A stretch of 64,000 bases of DNA from an uncultured Gammaproteobacteria bacterium (GTDB lineage: Bacteria > Patescibacteriota > Microgenomatia > Levybacterales > UBA12049). The stretch spans positions 16,739 to 80,738 of the forward strand of contig CAZBFH010000001.1 of NCBI GenBank assembly GCA_964491185.1. Direction: 5' to 3'. A model generated the notes under the pieces. The model had not been told where the DNA came from. It saw nothing but the letters and a program-made list of their open reading frames with translations, and did not search any database. Each line of letters starts with the position of its first letter. The stretch's first letter is position 1. This document shows, in pieces, positions 38,034 through 46,603 of this stretch. The position numbers and the translations under genes are program-made.

Positions 38034-39010
38034 TATTTTAATATTTTATTTTTAGTAAAAACATATGCATAAAGCGCAGGAACAGTAACACAAAAAATAG
38101 GATGCAGAAACCATGCTATATCAGGCTTCTTTAAAAAGTTTTTTATACTAATAAATAATGGGTATATTACCGTAACCATTAAAATTAGAGTTATAAAAAA
38201 GTGAGCGGAATTTACTCCATAATCATATTTCCTGAACTTTCTGTATTTCAAAAATAGGATCAAATTTCTGTATAGTTTTTTATGGAAATCAAAAAATGTA
38301 GAAACATACTTGTGCTCTACGGAAAATTTCATAAGCAGAAATTGATCATTTCCTTTTTCAACCAGCTCATAAATTGAATCTAAATGAAATAAATATGGTT
38401 CCCATGAAGAATTATCAACAATTAGTTTTCTCCGGGAGATATACCCCTGCGAACCCATTGTCGGCAAATTGTCTTTGTTAAATTTAGCAACAAAATATTT
38501 ATCGTTCTCATTTATAATATTTTCTTTCCTGATCCACTTTTTCTCTACAGGAGACAAAACTCCTCTTTTCCCTAGCATGTATACAAATGGATCATTTATC
38601 CCATATAGCTCACAATATCTATCATAAATATTATGGCTCTTACTATATTTCCAGTAAATTGCTTGTGCTCCAACCGCCTTTGGATTCTCAATAAGTGAAT
38701 ATATAAAATCTTTAATCCAGGATTTAGAAGTAAGTCTTAGATCAGCATCCATAAAAAGAACAAACTCCCCAGTTGCTTTTGAAATACCGATACTTTTTGA
38801 TTTTTCAATATGCTTAAATCCACTTACAAATACTTTTGCACCAAGTGATCTAGCAATTTCTACTGTGCCGTCTGTAGAATTATCGTCAATAACAATTATC
38901 TCAATTAGCTTTCGGGGGTAATCCTGAAGATATATAGATTCGATACAGGCTTTTATATTTTTCTCTTCATTAAATGTGGGGGTTATCACACTAATCCTTG
39001 GCAAACTCAT
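38033..39010 (-). CDS. GT2 glycosyltransferase with C-terminal TM segment (paralog of 53350-54360)
   Basis: 325 aa. ISVITPTFNEEKNI..IIVIDDNSTDGT. C-terminal PDIAWFLHPIFCV matches RDIAWFLHPFVCF of the 53350 gene. Confidence 0.75.
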   Translation of the reverse strand: MSLPRISVITPTFNEEKNIKACIESIYLQDYPRKLIEIIVIDDNSTDGTVEIARSLGAKVFVSGFKHIEKSKSIGISKATGEFVLFMDADLRLTSKSWIKDFIYSLIENPKAVGAQAIYWKYSKSHNIYDRYCELYGINDPFVYMLGKRGVLSPVEKKWIRKENIINENDKYFVAKFNKDNLPTMGSQGYISRRKLIVDNSSWEPYLFHLDSIYELVEKGNDQFLLMKFSVEHKYVSTFFDFHKKLYRNLILFLKYRKFRKYDYGVNSAHFFITLILMVTVIYPLFISIKNFLKKPDIAWFLHPIFCVTVPALYAYVFTKNKILK

Positions 39011-39876
39011 AAACTACTGAATAAGTAAGCTATATATTTACTTAATCCATCTTCCCATTTTGGCATAATAACTCCTATTTTTTTAGCCTTTACATTTTTA
39101 AGCACTCCATATTCTGGAACCGGAACATCATTATAATTTCCCCCTCTTTTAACAGGAATTATTTTCAAATCTAGCTTTGCGCTCCTGACAATTTCCTTAG
39201 CGAAATCCGCCCAAGAAGCTGACCCTTCATTCACCAAGTGGAATACTCCACTCGCTTTTTTATTTTCGGCAAGTTTTAACGTAGCAATTGCAAGATCATT
39301 TGCGTTTGCAAAACAGGCCTCATAGTCTGATGCTATTTCAAGTTCCTTTTTTATTTTTGCTTGATTTAAAATGTAAAGAACAAAATTTCCTCCTTTTATC
39401 CTACTCCCCTTATGTCCCCCAAATATTCCACAAGTTCTTATTACAATTGAATCATTATTATAATTTAATGACACCAATTCCCGCCCTAAACACGCAAGCC
39501 CATACATTTGCAGGGGATTTGCCAAATCTGTTTCAACATAAGGTTTTCTCTTTTTTCCATCAAATACCTTATCACTACTATAGTCTATATACCTTGCCCC
39601 AAGATCCTTGCAAACCTTCGCCATATTTTTCGTTGCAAAAACATTTATTTTGAAAAGCTTTTCTGGGTATTTCTCACAATCTACTAGCACATGATATGAG
39701 GCTGTATTTATTACAACATCAGGTTTTTTGGACACAATTTTTTTCCTTACTAACTCATGGTCAGTAATATCTAAATCTTTACTCTCATAAGCAAAGATTG
39801 TGTGACCACGCTTTTTACTTTCAATTAAAATTTCACTTCCTAGTTGCCCTTTCTTACCAATCAAAAAAATCTTCAT
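39007..39876 (-). CDS. RmlD-like NDP-4-keto-6-deoxyhexose 4-reductase (dTDP-4-dehydrorhamnose reductase family)
   Basis: Probable start is MKIFLIGKKGQLG (ORF-track start 39936 would overlap the RmlC-like gene by 60 nt). SSDKVFDG..PY.E.D..NPLQMYGLACLGRE matches the RmlD STDYVFDG/YGxSK pattern. Confidence 0.65.
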   Translation of the reverse strand: MKIFLIGKKGQLGSEILIESKKRGHTIFAYESKDLDITDHELVRKKIVSKKPDVVINTASYHVLVDCEKYPEKLFKINVFATKNMAKVCKDLGARYIDYSSDKVFDGKKRKPYVETDLANPLQMYGLACLGRELVSLNYNNDSIVIRTCGIFGGHKGSRIKGGNFVLYILNQAKIKKELEIASDYEACFANANDLAIATLKLAENKKASGVFHLVNEGSASWADFAKEIVRSAKLDLKIIPVKRGGNYNDVPVPEYGVLKNVKAKKIGVIMPKWEDGLSKYIAYLFSSL

Positions 39877-40394
39877 AATTTTATATCCGGCCATTTCGCA
39901 TCTTTTTCTGAAAGAATAGACTTTCCAATAGGCCACTTAATTTTTATTTTAGGATCATTCCATCTAACTCCATTTTCATATTCGGGTGAATAATATTGTG
40001 AAACAAAATACTCTACTGTTGTGTCATTTTCTAATGCTTGGAAACCATGGGCAAATCCTTTCGGCACTAGAATCATTTTATTATTTTTACTTGTTAGCTT
40101 TACCCCAAACCATCTTCCGTAAGTTTTTGAATCCTTACGTAAATCAATAGCGACATCATAAATCGATCCGCTTAAACAATGAACTAATTTATCTTCCTGT
40201 CTAGGTTTTTTTTGGTAATGCATTCCTCTTATCATCCCAGAATTTTTCGTGTAGGATTTATTAATCTGAACAATTTTAAATTTTCCTGGAAACAACTTAT
40301 CGTCAAAAACTCTTGTAAAAAACCCCCTTTCGTCTTCTCTCAATTCTAAATCTACGACCAATAAATCTTTTATTTTTGTTTTAATAAATTTCAT
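39873..40394 (-). CDS. RmlC-like NDP-4-keto-6-deoxyhexose 3,5-epimerase (cupin)
   Basis: 173 aa. MIRGMHYQKKPRQEDKLVHCLSGSIYDVAIDLR and GFAHGFQALENDTTVEYFVSQYY, the RmlC family signature. Confidence 0.75.
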   Translation of the reverse strand: MKFIKTKIKDLLVVDLELREDERGFFTRVFDDKLFPGKFKIVQINKSYTKNSGMIRGMHYQKKPRQEDKLVHCLSGSIYDVAIDLRKDSKTYGRWFGVKLTSKNNKMILVPKGFAHGFQALENDTTVEYFVSQYYSPEYENGVRWNDPKIKIKWPIGKSILSEKDAKWPDIKL

Positions 40395-40395
40395 A

Positions 40396-41424
40396 CTAAT
40401 TCCAATAAAGATTGTTATTTATTTTTTTCTCCTGTTGAAGCTTCTTTAAAACAGCAAGACGCGTGTATGTACCTGTCATTAAATCTCGCTTCGTGTAATG
40501 ATGCTCAAGATTTTTAATTAAATCTTTTACAGATTTATCCATATTCCATTTTTTCTTAAAAGATGGAAAAGTTTTTGAAAATTTATCAAAATCCACCCTG
40601 TAACTTCTCGAATCTTTTACTGTCTTATTTGCCAATTCAACATCACAATTCTTCAAATATTTTTTAACAATTTCCAAAACTTCTCTAATTTGATAATTCC
40701 CGTCATTAAATCCAACATTAAAAATTTCACCGTTTATTTTTTCTACATCAACTAATAAGAATTCTAAAAAAGCCTGACTTAAATCTCTGACATCAATAAG
40801 TGGTCTCCAGGGAGTTCCGTCACTCAATAATACAATTTTTCCTGTTGCTAATCCATTAACAATAAAATTATTAACAACTAAGTCATCACGAAATTTTGGG
40901 GAATATCCATAAACAGTAGAGTTTCTCATTATACCTACACAAAAATCATTGTCTGATATTTTTTTTAGATAATTTTCTGACAGAAGCTTTGTTTTGGCAT
41001 ATTCCGTTAGAGGATTTATCTTAGATTCTTCGCTTACTTTTTCTTCCTTTGTTTTTCCGTAAATACTACAACTTGAAGAAAAAATAAACCTCCTAATGCC
41101 AGCCTTTTTTGCTAGCATTGCTAAATTTGCAGTAGATTTAAAATTTATATCCTGAGTGAGCTTTGGATTAAGTTCGCCAATCGGATCGTTTGATAAAGCA
41201 GCTAAATGAATTACTGAATCAAAACCCTGTAGGTCAGTTTGGGAAATATCCCTAATATCTTTATTTATTGATTTATATTTCTTACTTTTAATATCAGTGG
41301 AAAGTCTTTTTTTATAAAAATTAGTATCTAGCCCTGTAACATCGTAGCCTTTTGATAAAAGTAAATCCGTTAATACTGCGCCAATATATCCTTTGTCTCC
41401 TGTAACCAAAACCTTTCTTGACAT
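40396..41424 (-). CDS. NAD-dependent NDP-sugar epimerase (extended SDR; not a 4,6-dehydratase)
   Basis: Probable start MSRKVLVTGDKGYIGAVL (ORF-track start 41520 overlaps the rfbF-like gene by 95 nt). SSSCSIYG...YAKTK catalytic region without the D-E dehydratase dyad. Confidence 0.55.
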   Translation of the reverse strand: MSRKVLVTGDKGYIGAVLTDLLLSKGYDVTGLDTNFYKKRLSTDIKSKKYKSINKDIRDISQTDLQGFDSVIHLAALSNDPIGELNPKLTQDINFKSTANLAMLAKKAGIRRFIFSSSCSIYGKTKEEKVSEESKINPLTEYAKTKLLSENYLKKISDNDFCVGIMRNSTVYGYSPKFRDDLVVNNFIVNGLATGKIVLLSDGTPWRPLIDVRDLSQAFLEFLLVDVEKINGEIFNVGFNDGNYQIREVLEIVKKYLKNCDVELANKTVKDSRSYRVDFDKFSKTFPSFKKKWNMDKSVKDLIKNLEHHYTKRDLMTGTYTRLAVLKKLQQEKKINNNLYWN

Positions 41425-41425
41425 A

Positions 41426-42133
41426 TTATTTCCAAATTTTCCATTTAGGATTTTTCTTCCACATCCTATTAAACTCTTCCATATCCTGATATGTATCCAT
41501 CGCATGCCAGAATTTATCATGATTATAAACCGCTAACTGCTTCTTCTTGGTAAGACGCAAAAATGCATCCTCAATCATTTCTCCTTTTCTTAAGTATGAA
41601 AGAAAACTCTTATTGAAAATCATAAATCCACCATTCACGTATTCCTTAAGGATTGGTTTTTGCCTAAAAGAAATAATTAAATTATTTTCGTCAGAATTAA
41701 TTAAACCCCACTTAGATGTTGGATGGACTCCCGTTATGGTACCGATTACATTTTTCTTTTTATGATATTTTATGAGGTCATTCACGTCGACATCTCCGAC
41801 ACCATCTCCATATGTAACCATAAACTTGTCTGTTTTAATATACTTTCTTAACTTTAAAATTCTTTCCCCAGTTAAAGTTTCTTGACCGGTATCAACTGCT
41901 GTTATGTTAAATTTTTCTTTATTATTTTTTGAAAAATAATCAGCAATCATTTCTCCCTTATAACCAAGTGCGAATATAAAATTATTAAATCCAAGATGCT
42001 TATACACCTTCATTATATGCCAGATGATTGGCTTTTCACCTACTGCAATCATTGACTTAGGCTTAAATTCAGTTTCTTCTCTAAGCCTACTACCTAAACC
42101 ACCACATAAAATAATAACTGGAATATTCTTCAT
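41426..42133 (-). CDS. rfbF: Glucose-1-phosphate cytidylyltransferase (CDP-glucose pyrophosphorylase, RfbF/DdhA-like)
   Basis: 235 aa. ILCGGLGSRLREETEFKPKSMIAVGEKPIIWHIMKVYKHLGFNNFIFALGYKGEMIADYF closely follows the RfbF consensus (GGLGTRL..KPKPMVEIGGKPILWHIMK..GYKGY.IKEYF). Confidence 0.78.
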   Translation of the reverse strand: MKNIPVIILCGGLGSRLREETEFKPKSMIAVGEKPIIWHIMKVYKHLGFNNFIFALGYKGEMIADYFSKNNKEKFNITAVDTGQETLTGERILKLRKYIKTDKFMVTYGDGVGDVDVNDLIKYHKKKNVIGTITGVHPTSKWGLINSDENNLIISFRQKPILKEYVNGGFMIFNKSFLSYLRKGEMIEDAFLRLTKKKQLAVYNHDKFWHAMDTYQDMEEFNRMWKKNPKWKIWK

Positions 42134-43125
42134 TTTGTTAAATTTTTAGTTAGAAGCCCTTTGATAAAATATGCTCCATAAGCAACATGTGTTAGTGGAA
42201 TTGCAAAAGAGACGATTACCGCACCAATTGGGTCAGTTCTTGTGACAGTAGTCATAAAATATGTATAAAGCATAAGTCCAAATATAGCAAGAACTGGAAT
42301 TAAGATAGATGGGAAAAGTATTACAGAAATCAGAGTTATAATAAGCCCAATGGTAAACAAAGAAGGAAGAAAATATATGATTTCTCTTGATGTGTCCGGA
42401 TATTTTTTCGCAAAATAACCACGATGAAGACCAATATTAGAAATTTGCTTAAGATGAGGAATAAAAAGAGATCTTCTATGATGATAGACAACCGAATTAG
42501 GTTCATACAATATTTTTTTTCCTGTTTTTATAATAGATAGGCATAATTTCGTATCTTCTCCACACCACAATGTAGTTTTAAATCCTCCTATTTTTTTGTA
42601 TAGATCTTTTCTAACTAAAAAATTATATGTTGGATGATCTTCAACAAAACTCTTTGTTCCCGGTACAAATCTTATCCTCGTAGACCCACTACAAAATTCT
42701 GAAGAAAGAGTAAGCCCTCCCAGCTTTTGGAAATATGAATCCTCCTGAGGTGTTACACCCGGACCGCAAACAGCACCTATCATTGGGTCATCAAAATGCT
42801 TTACGGCTTCTTTTAACCAATATCTATCGGGGTATGCATCGTCATCAATAAATGCAATGATTTCTCCTTTTGCAAAATTAATCGCATAATCTCTTTTCTC
42901 GCCAGGTCCCGTAATTTTCTTACCTGTATTAATAAATCTGGTTTTAGGAAGCTTAATTTCAGAAATTTTTTTATCTGAAACAATTATAATCTCGTAATCT
43001 GGGTAATCAATATTTAAATGATTCTGGAAGTCATTATAAAAAGATTTGGAGTTTAAGTTAAGAACTCGATGAAAAGTGGTAACAATAGAAACCTTAGGAA
43101 CCGATTCCTGCCGACTATATTTCAT
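42130..43125 (-). CDS. GT2 glycosyltransferase with C-terminal TM helices
   Basis: 331 aa. VSIVTTFHR..IIIVSD..GAVCGPGV, then two C-terminal TM segments. Confidence 0.7.
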   Translation of the reverse strand: MKYSRQESVPKVSIVTTFHRVLNLNSKSFYNDFQNHLNIDYPDYEIIIVSDKKISEIKLPKTRFINTGKKITGPGEKRDYAINFAKGEIIAFIDDDAYPDRYWLKEAVKHFDDPMIGAVCGPGVTPQEDSYFQKLGGLTLSSEFCSGSTRIRFVPGTKSFVEDHPTYNFLVRKDLYKKIGGFKTTLWCGEDTKLCLSIIKTGKKILYEPNSVVYHHRRSLFIPHLKQISNIGLHRGYFAKKYPDTSREIIYFLPSLFTIGLIITLISVILFPSILIPVLAIFGLMLYTYFMTTVTRTDPIGAVIVSFAIPLTHVAYGAYFIKGLLTKNLTK

Positions 43126-43153
43126 ATAACAACTGCTTGATTATACAGTCCGT

Positions 43154-43714
43154 TTAGGTAATTATCAAACGATTTTCTTTTATCTTTTTAATCACTTTTG
43201 CTGGATTACCTGCAGCCAAGGAATTCGCTGGAATATCTTTTGTTACAACACTCCCTGCTCCAATTACACAATTATCTCCTATCGTAACTCCTGGTAAAAT
43301 TATACATCTTGAAGTGATCCATACATTTTTACCAATCATAACGGGTTCTGCGATAATTCTTTGATAATCTTTTGGATCGTGAGTCGCTGTAATAATCATG
43401 TTTTCAAATGAAAAAGCTGACCCCTCTCCAATATACACAGGTGCATAGTCCATAATGAAAGTGTCATTAAGGTATACATTTTCAGCAAATATTTTTCCAT
43501 AAAAAAATCTAAAACCTGGTCCAAAATGAATATTGCGACAATCCTTTAAATAAAATTTAATAAAAAATTTAAATGGAGAAAGTAAAAGCAGAAACTTACT
43601 AAAAAGAACCATCATTAGAATAAAGTTTTTAGGCGGAATCGGTTTATAAACAATTGTTTCTTTTTTCATAGAAATTTTATTTCTCGTAATTATACAATGT
43701 TTTACGTAATCCAT
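43154..43714 (-). CDS. Hexapeptide-repeat sugar O-acetyltransferase (paralog of 23564-24118)
   Basis: 186 aa. IGKNVWITSRCIILPGVTIGDNCVIGAGSVV hexapeptide repeats and an N-terminal hydrophobic segment. Start may be the internal MKKETIV. Confidence 0.7.
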   Translation of the reverse strand: MDYVKHCIITRNKISMKKETIVYKPIPPKNFILMMVLFSKFLLLLSPFKFFIKFYLKDCRNIHFGPGFRFFYGKIFAENVYLNDTFIMDYAPVYIGEGSAFSFENMIITATHDPKDYQRIIAEPVMIGKNVWITSRCIILPGVTIGDNCVIGAGSVVTKDIPANSLAAGNPAKVIKKIKENRLIIT

Positions 43715-45143
43715 CCTTGTCGTAATAAAAAGTATATATATTGTAATTTGCGCTATTTTTCAGTTTCTTTTCCAAATCTTTTTTATTTAGAATTATACTT
43801 ATTTTTTCAAAAGGAACTTTATAGTGTACTGAGAAGCTTGCTCGAGGATCCATAAATGCTACCTGGATTGATGAATCAAATCGCACAATCATTGTACTTT
43901 CTTGAAAAACATCAAAGTAAAAAACACTCATTTTATATGGATCAACCCTGGGAACAAATTGCTTAAGATCAGAAAATAATTTTTCTGCATGAACACTTCT
44001 GTCTCTAACAAAATTCTCTTGATGATTAAAACTTAAATTCATTAATATGATCGTATAGGAAACTAAAAAAACGCAAAGAACCATTACTAATCTTTCTTTT
44101 GATAATCTTAAACAAAGTAAAGACAATAAAATTGGTGGAATCATTGAAAACCCTACGAAAGATAACGACAGATATCTATTTAATTCCGCATTTGCATCAA
44201 AACTCGGCAATAAAATAAAAAACCCTAAAAATCCACCGATTAAAAAAATCAAAGACAAGAGTAGGGATTTCGATAAAAGGATATTTTTTCTAAAAAATAC
44301 TACAAATGAAATAATGATGATGGTAAAACAGATACCCACTAAGTCTTTAGGTGCATCAGAGTTAATTGACTTAGGCAAAACCATATTCCCAATCACTGAG
44401 AAAAATAAACTGAAGTTTTCAAAGGAGAATGATTTAATAAACTTACCAAGCATTCCACCTCCATATAAAGCGACTCCTGAAATGAAGTACAAAAAAACAA
44501 ATACCAAATTTCTCATTATAAAAAACCTTACCCACGATTTTGTTGTTTTCAATTTTTTAGTACTTAATGAGATAACTAAATCCATTAAAATTAAAAAAAA
44601 TAACATTTGAAATGCTCTAAATGGAAACAGAACTAATCCTAAGGAAAATATCCCCAATGAAATAAAATAATAAATTTTACTTCTTGTTTCTAGATAATAT
44701 ATATTCGAAATTAACAATAGCATCGTTAAAAATACATTCAGATTATCAACTGATGCAGTATTCATTTGGGAGAAAGATTCAATGCCTATATAACCAGTTG
44801 CAAAAATTAGTGAAGAAAAGAAAGCAATAATTTTATTTTTTGTAAATTTTTCTACAAATAGATAGACCGACATGGATGCAAAAACATGAGTTATTATTCC
44901 AAATAGGAAAAATGGCTTAGGATTTAGTCCAAAAATATCGTAAATCCATCCATAAAACTTAGGAACAAATGTATAGAAAGGCGGATAATATTTTAAATCA
45001 TTAATGTGATGATATAAAACTGCATAATCATCTGAATAAAAATAAAAATCTAAAGTATTTTTAAGCGACAAATAGCTAACTAAGATTATTACCAGCAATA
45101 CAAATAATGAACTAATTCCTAGGTTTCGTCTTGTGATTTTCAT
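43677..45143 (-). CDS. Polytopic GT-C-like membrane protein with C-terminal soluble domain
   Basis: 488 aa. First loop FYSDDYAVLYHH (DD motif), about 11 TM helices, C-terminal 130-aa soluble region. Immediately downstream of the DPM-synthase-like GT2. Confidence 0.4.
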   Translation of the reverse strand: MKITRRNLGISSLFVLLVIILVSYLSLKNTLDFYFYSDDYAVLYHHINDLKYYPPFYTFVPKFYGWIYDIFGLNPKPFFLFGIITHVFASMSVYLFVEKFTKNKIIAFFSSLIFATGYIGIESFSQMNTASVDNLNVFLTMLLLISNIYYLETRSKIYYFISLGIFSLGLVLFPFRAFQMLFFLILMDLVISLSTKKLKTTKSWVRFFIMRNLVFVFLYFISGVALYGGGMLGKFIKSFSFENFSLFFSVIGNMVLPKSINSDAPKDLVGICFTIIIISFVVFFRKNILLSKSLLLSLIFLIGGFLGFFILLPSFDANAELNRYLSLSFVGFSMIPPILLSLLCLRLSKERLVMVLCVFLVSYTIILMNLSFNHQENFVRDRSVHAEKLFSDLKQFVPRVDPYKMSVFYFDVFQESTMIVRFDSSIQVAFMDPRASFSVHYKVPFEKISIILNKKDLEKKLKNSANYNIYTFYYDKDGLRKTLYNYEK

Positions 45144-45184
45144 TTAAATAATCTGGGGATAATACCACATTTCTATTGTAGTCC

Positions 45185-45877
45185 TTATTTACTTTGAAAA
45201 TAAAGCTGATTAAGCAGCGAGAGAATAAATTTGAGCCCAGTTATTGTTTTTAACTTTGACCTTCCCCATCCCCGTGCTCTCTCCCTACTTGGAATCTCCT
45301 TGATCTCATAACCCTTTTTAAGAACTGAAACTACCATCTCTTGTTCAACGCCAAAATCATCTGATTTTAATTTCAAACTCTGCGCAGTAGATTTCCTAAT
45401 CGCTCTAAAGCTGTATAGAATATCAGTAAGATTGGTCTTAAATTTTTGATTTACTAATGCAACAAGCACATCACAACCTGCAGCCCTAATTATTCCTATT
45501 AAATCGATGGTCACATCTGCACTTCCTCCTGTCCTTCTAGAGCCTATTACAAGATCTGCTTCATTTTTTAAAATGGGCTCTACGAAATCTGGGATATCAT
45601 TTTCGTCGTGTGATCCATCTGCATCAAAAAAAAGAATTATGCTTTTTTTTGCATTTTTAATTCCTATTTTTAAAGCATCTCCTCTTCCCTTTCTGTGATC
45701 CAAGAAGAATCTTGCGCCAAATTTTTCAGCTATCTCTCGCGTTCCGTCATTCGAATGACCATCAACTACTATTATGTCTGAGGAATATTTCTTAACTGAC
45801 TCGAGGATTTTCTTAATTCCTTCACCTTCGTTTTTACAGGCAATTACTATACTTACCTTGGATTTGTCGTAAGACAT
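45185..45877 (-). CDS. Soluble DPM-synthase/Ppm1-like GT2 (polyprenyl-phosphate sugar synthase candidate)
   Basis: 230 aa. VSIVIACKNEGEGIKKI..IIVVDGHSNDGTREIAE..FFDADGSH. Confidence 0.68.
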   Translation of the reverse strand: MSYDKSKVSIVIACKNEGEGIKKILESVKKYSSDIIVVDGHSNDGTREIAEKFGARFFLDHRKGRGDALKIGIKNAKKSIILFFDADGSHDENDIPDFVEPILKNEADLVIGSRRTGGSADVTIDLIGIIRAAGCDVLVALVNQKFKTNLTDILYSFRAIRKSTAQSLKLKSDDFGVEQEMVVSVLKKGYEIKEIPSRERARGWGRSKLKTITGLKFILSLLNQLYFQSK

Positions 45878-45878
45878 T

Positions 45879-46544
45879 TTATTTAGACTTCTTTACTCTA
45901 ACCACACAGTAAAGAGAAAGATCTAGAGGCATAAATGGAAAATAGTGAATTCTCTTATCTATCTTAACTTCTTCATTGATAGCCTTAAGAATCTGTTTGT
46001 GACCCGATGGATGAATATCATTTGGATCGAAACTTAAAAAGTGATCAATAATAAAATCTGTCATAGGATTTTTTACTGGAAATCCCATAACCAATGTCCC
46101 ACCCGGCTTCAAAACTCTATACATTTCACTAACCGCTTTATTGAGCTCTTTTCCCTTGAAGTGCTCGAGCACACTTATACAAACTGCAGCATCAAAAAAA
46201 TTATCTTTATATGGAGATTTAAAGATTGAACCCACAATTAACTCCGCATTTACCCCTTCTTTCTTTAGAATTTGCTTCACTAATTTCATTTGTTTTTCTG
46301 GAATCGTGTCAATTCCGTAGATTTTTTTGCCTAGCTTTGCAAGCATAGGAACAAATGTTCCACCCCCATATCCCACATCTAGAATTCTGTCGTATTTTTT
46401 ACGTCCTAACATTGAAAATGCCAACTCTAATCTTTTTCTCATGAAATATCCCTGGAAAGGTCGATAGTACTGATCAATCGTATAGTCGATGTACGTGTAT
46501 TTTAAAGGGATGAGGTTTTCTTTCTTAGGAATTTTTAATTTCAT
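45879..46544 (-). CDS. SAM-dependent methyltransferase (class I, Methyltransf_11/25-like)
   Basis: 221 aa. ILDVGYGGGTFVPMLAKLGKKIYGIDT and LKPGGTLVMGF. Confidence 0.7.
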   Translation of the reverse strand: MKLKIPKKENLIPLKYTYIDYTIDQYYRPFQGYFMRKRLELAFSMLGRKKYDRILDVGYGGGTFVPMLAKLGKKIYGIDTIPEKQMKLVKQILKKEGVNAELIVGSIFKSPYKDNFFDAAVCISVLEHFKGKELNKAVSEMYRVLKPGGTLVMGFPVKNPMTDFIIDHFLSFDPNDIHPSGHKQILKAINEEVKIDKRIHYFPFMPLDLSLYCVVRVKKSK

Positions 46545-46561
46545 TATTTGTTAATTTATTG

Positions 46562-46589
46562 ATTTTAGCATGTATTTTTTGATTTTCAA
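46562..46589 (-). promoter_or_regulatory. Candidate internal promoter TTGAAA-16-TAAAAT, 13 nt upstream of the methyltransferase ATG
   Basis: Minus-strand reading of plus 46584-46589 (tttcaa) and 46562-46567 (atttta). Lies in a 59-nt intergenic gap. Confidence 0.3.
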
Positions 46590-46603
46590 ATAGCAGTTTA
46601 TGC

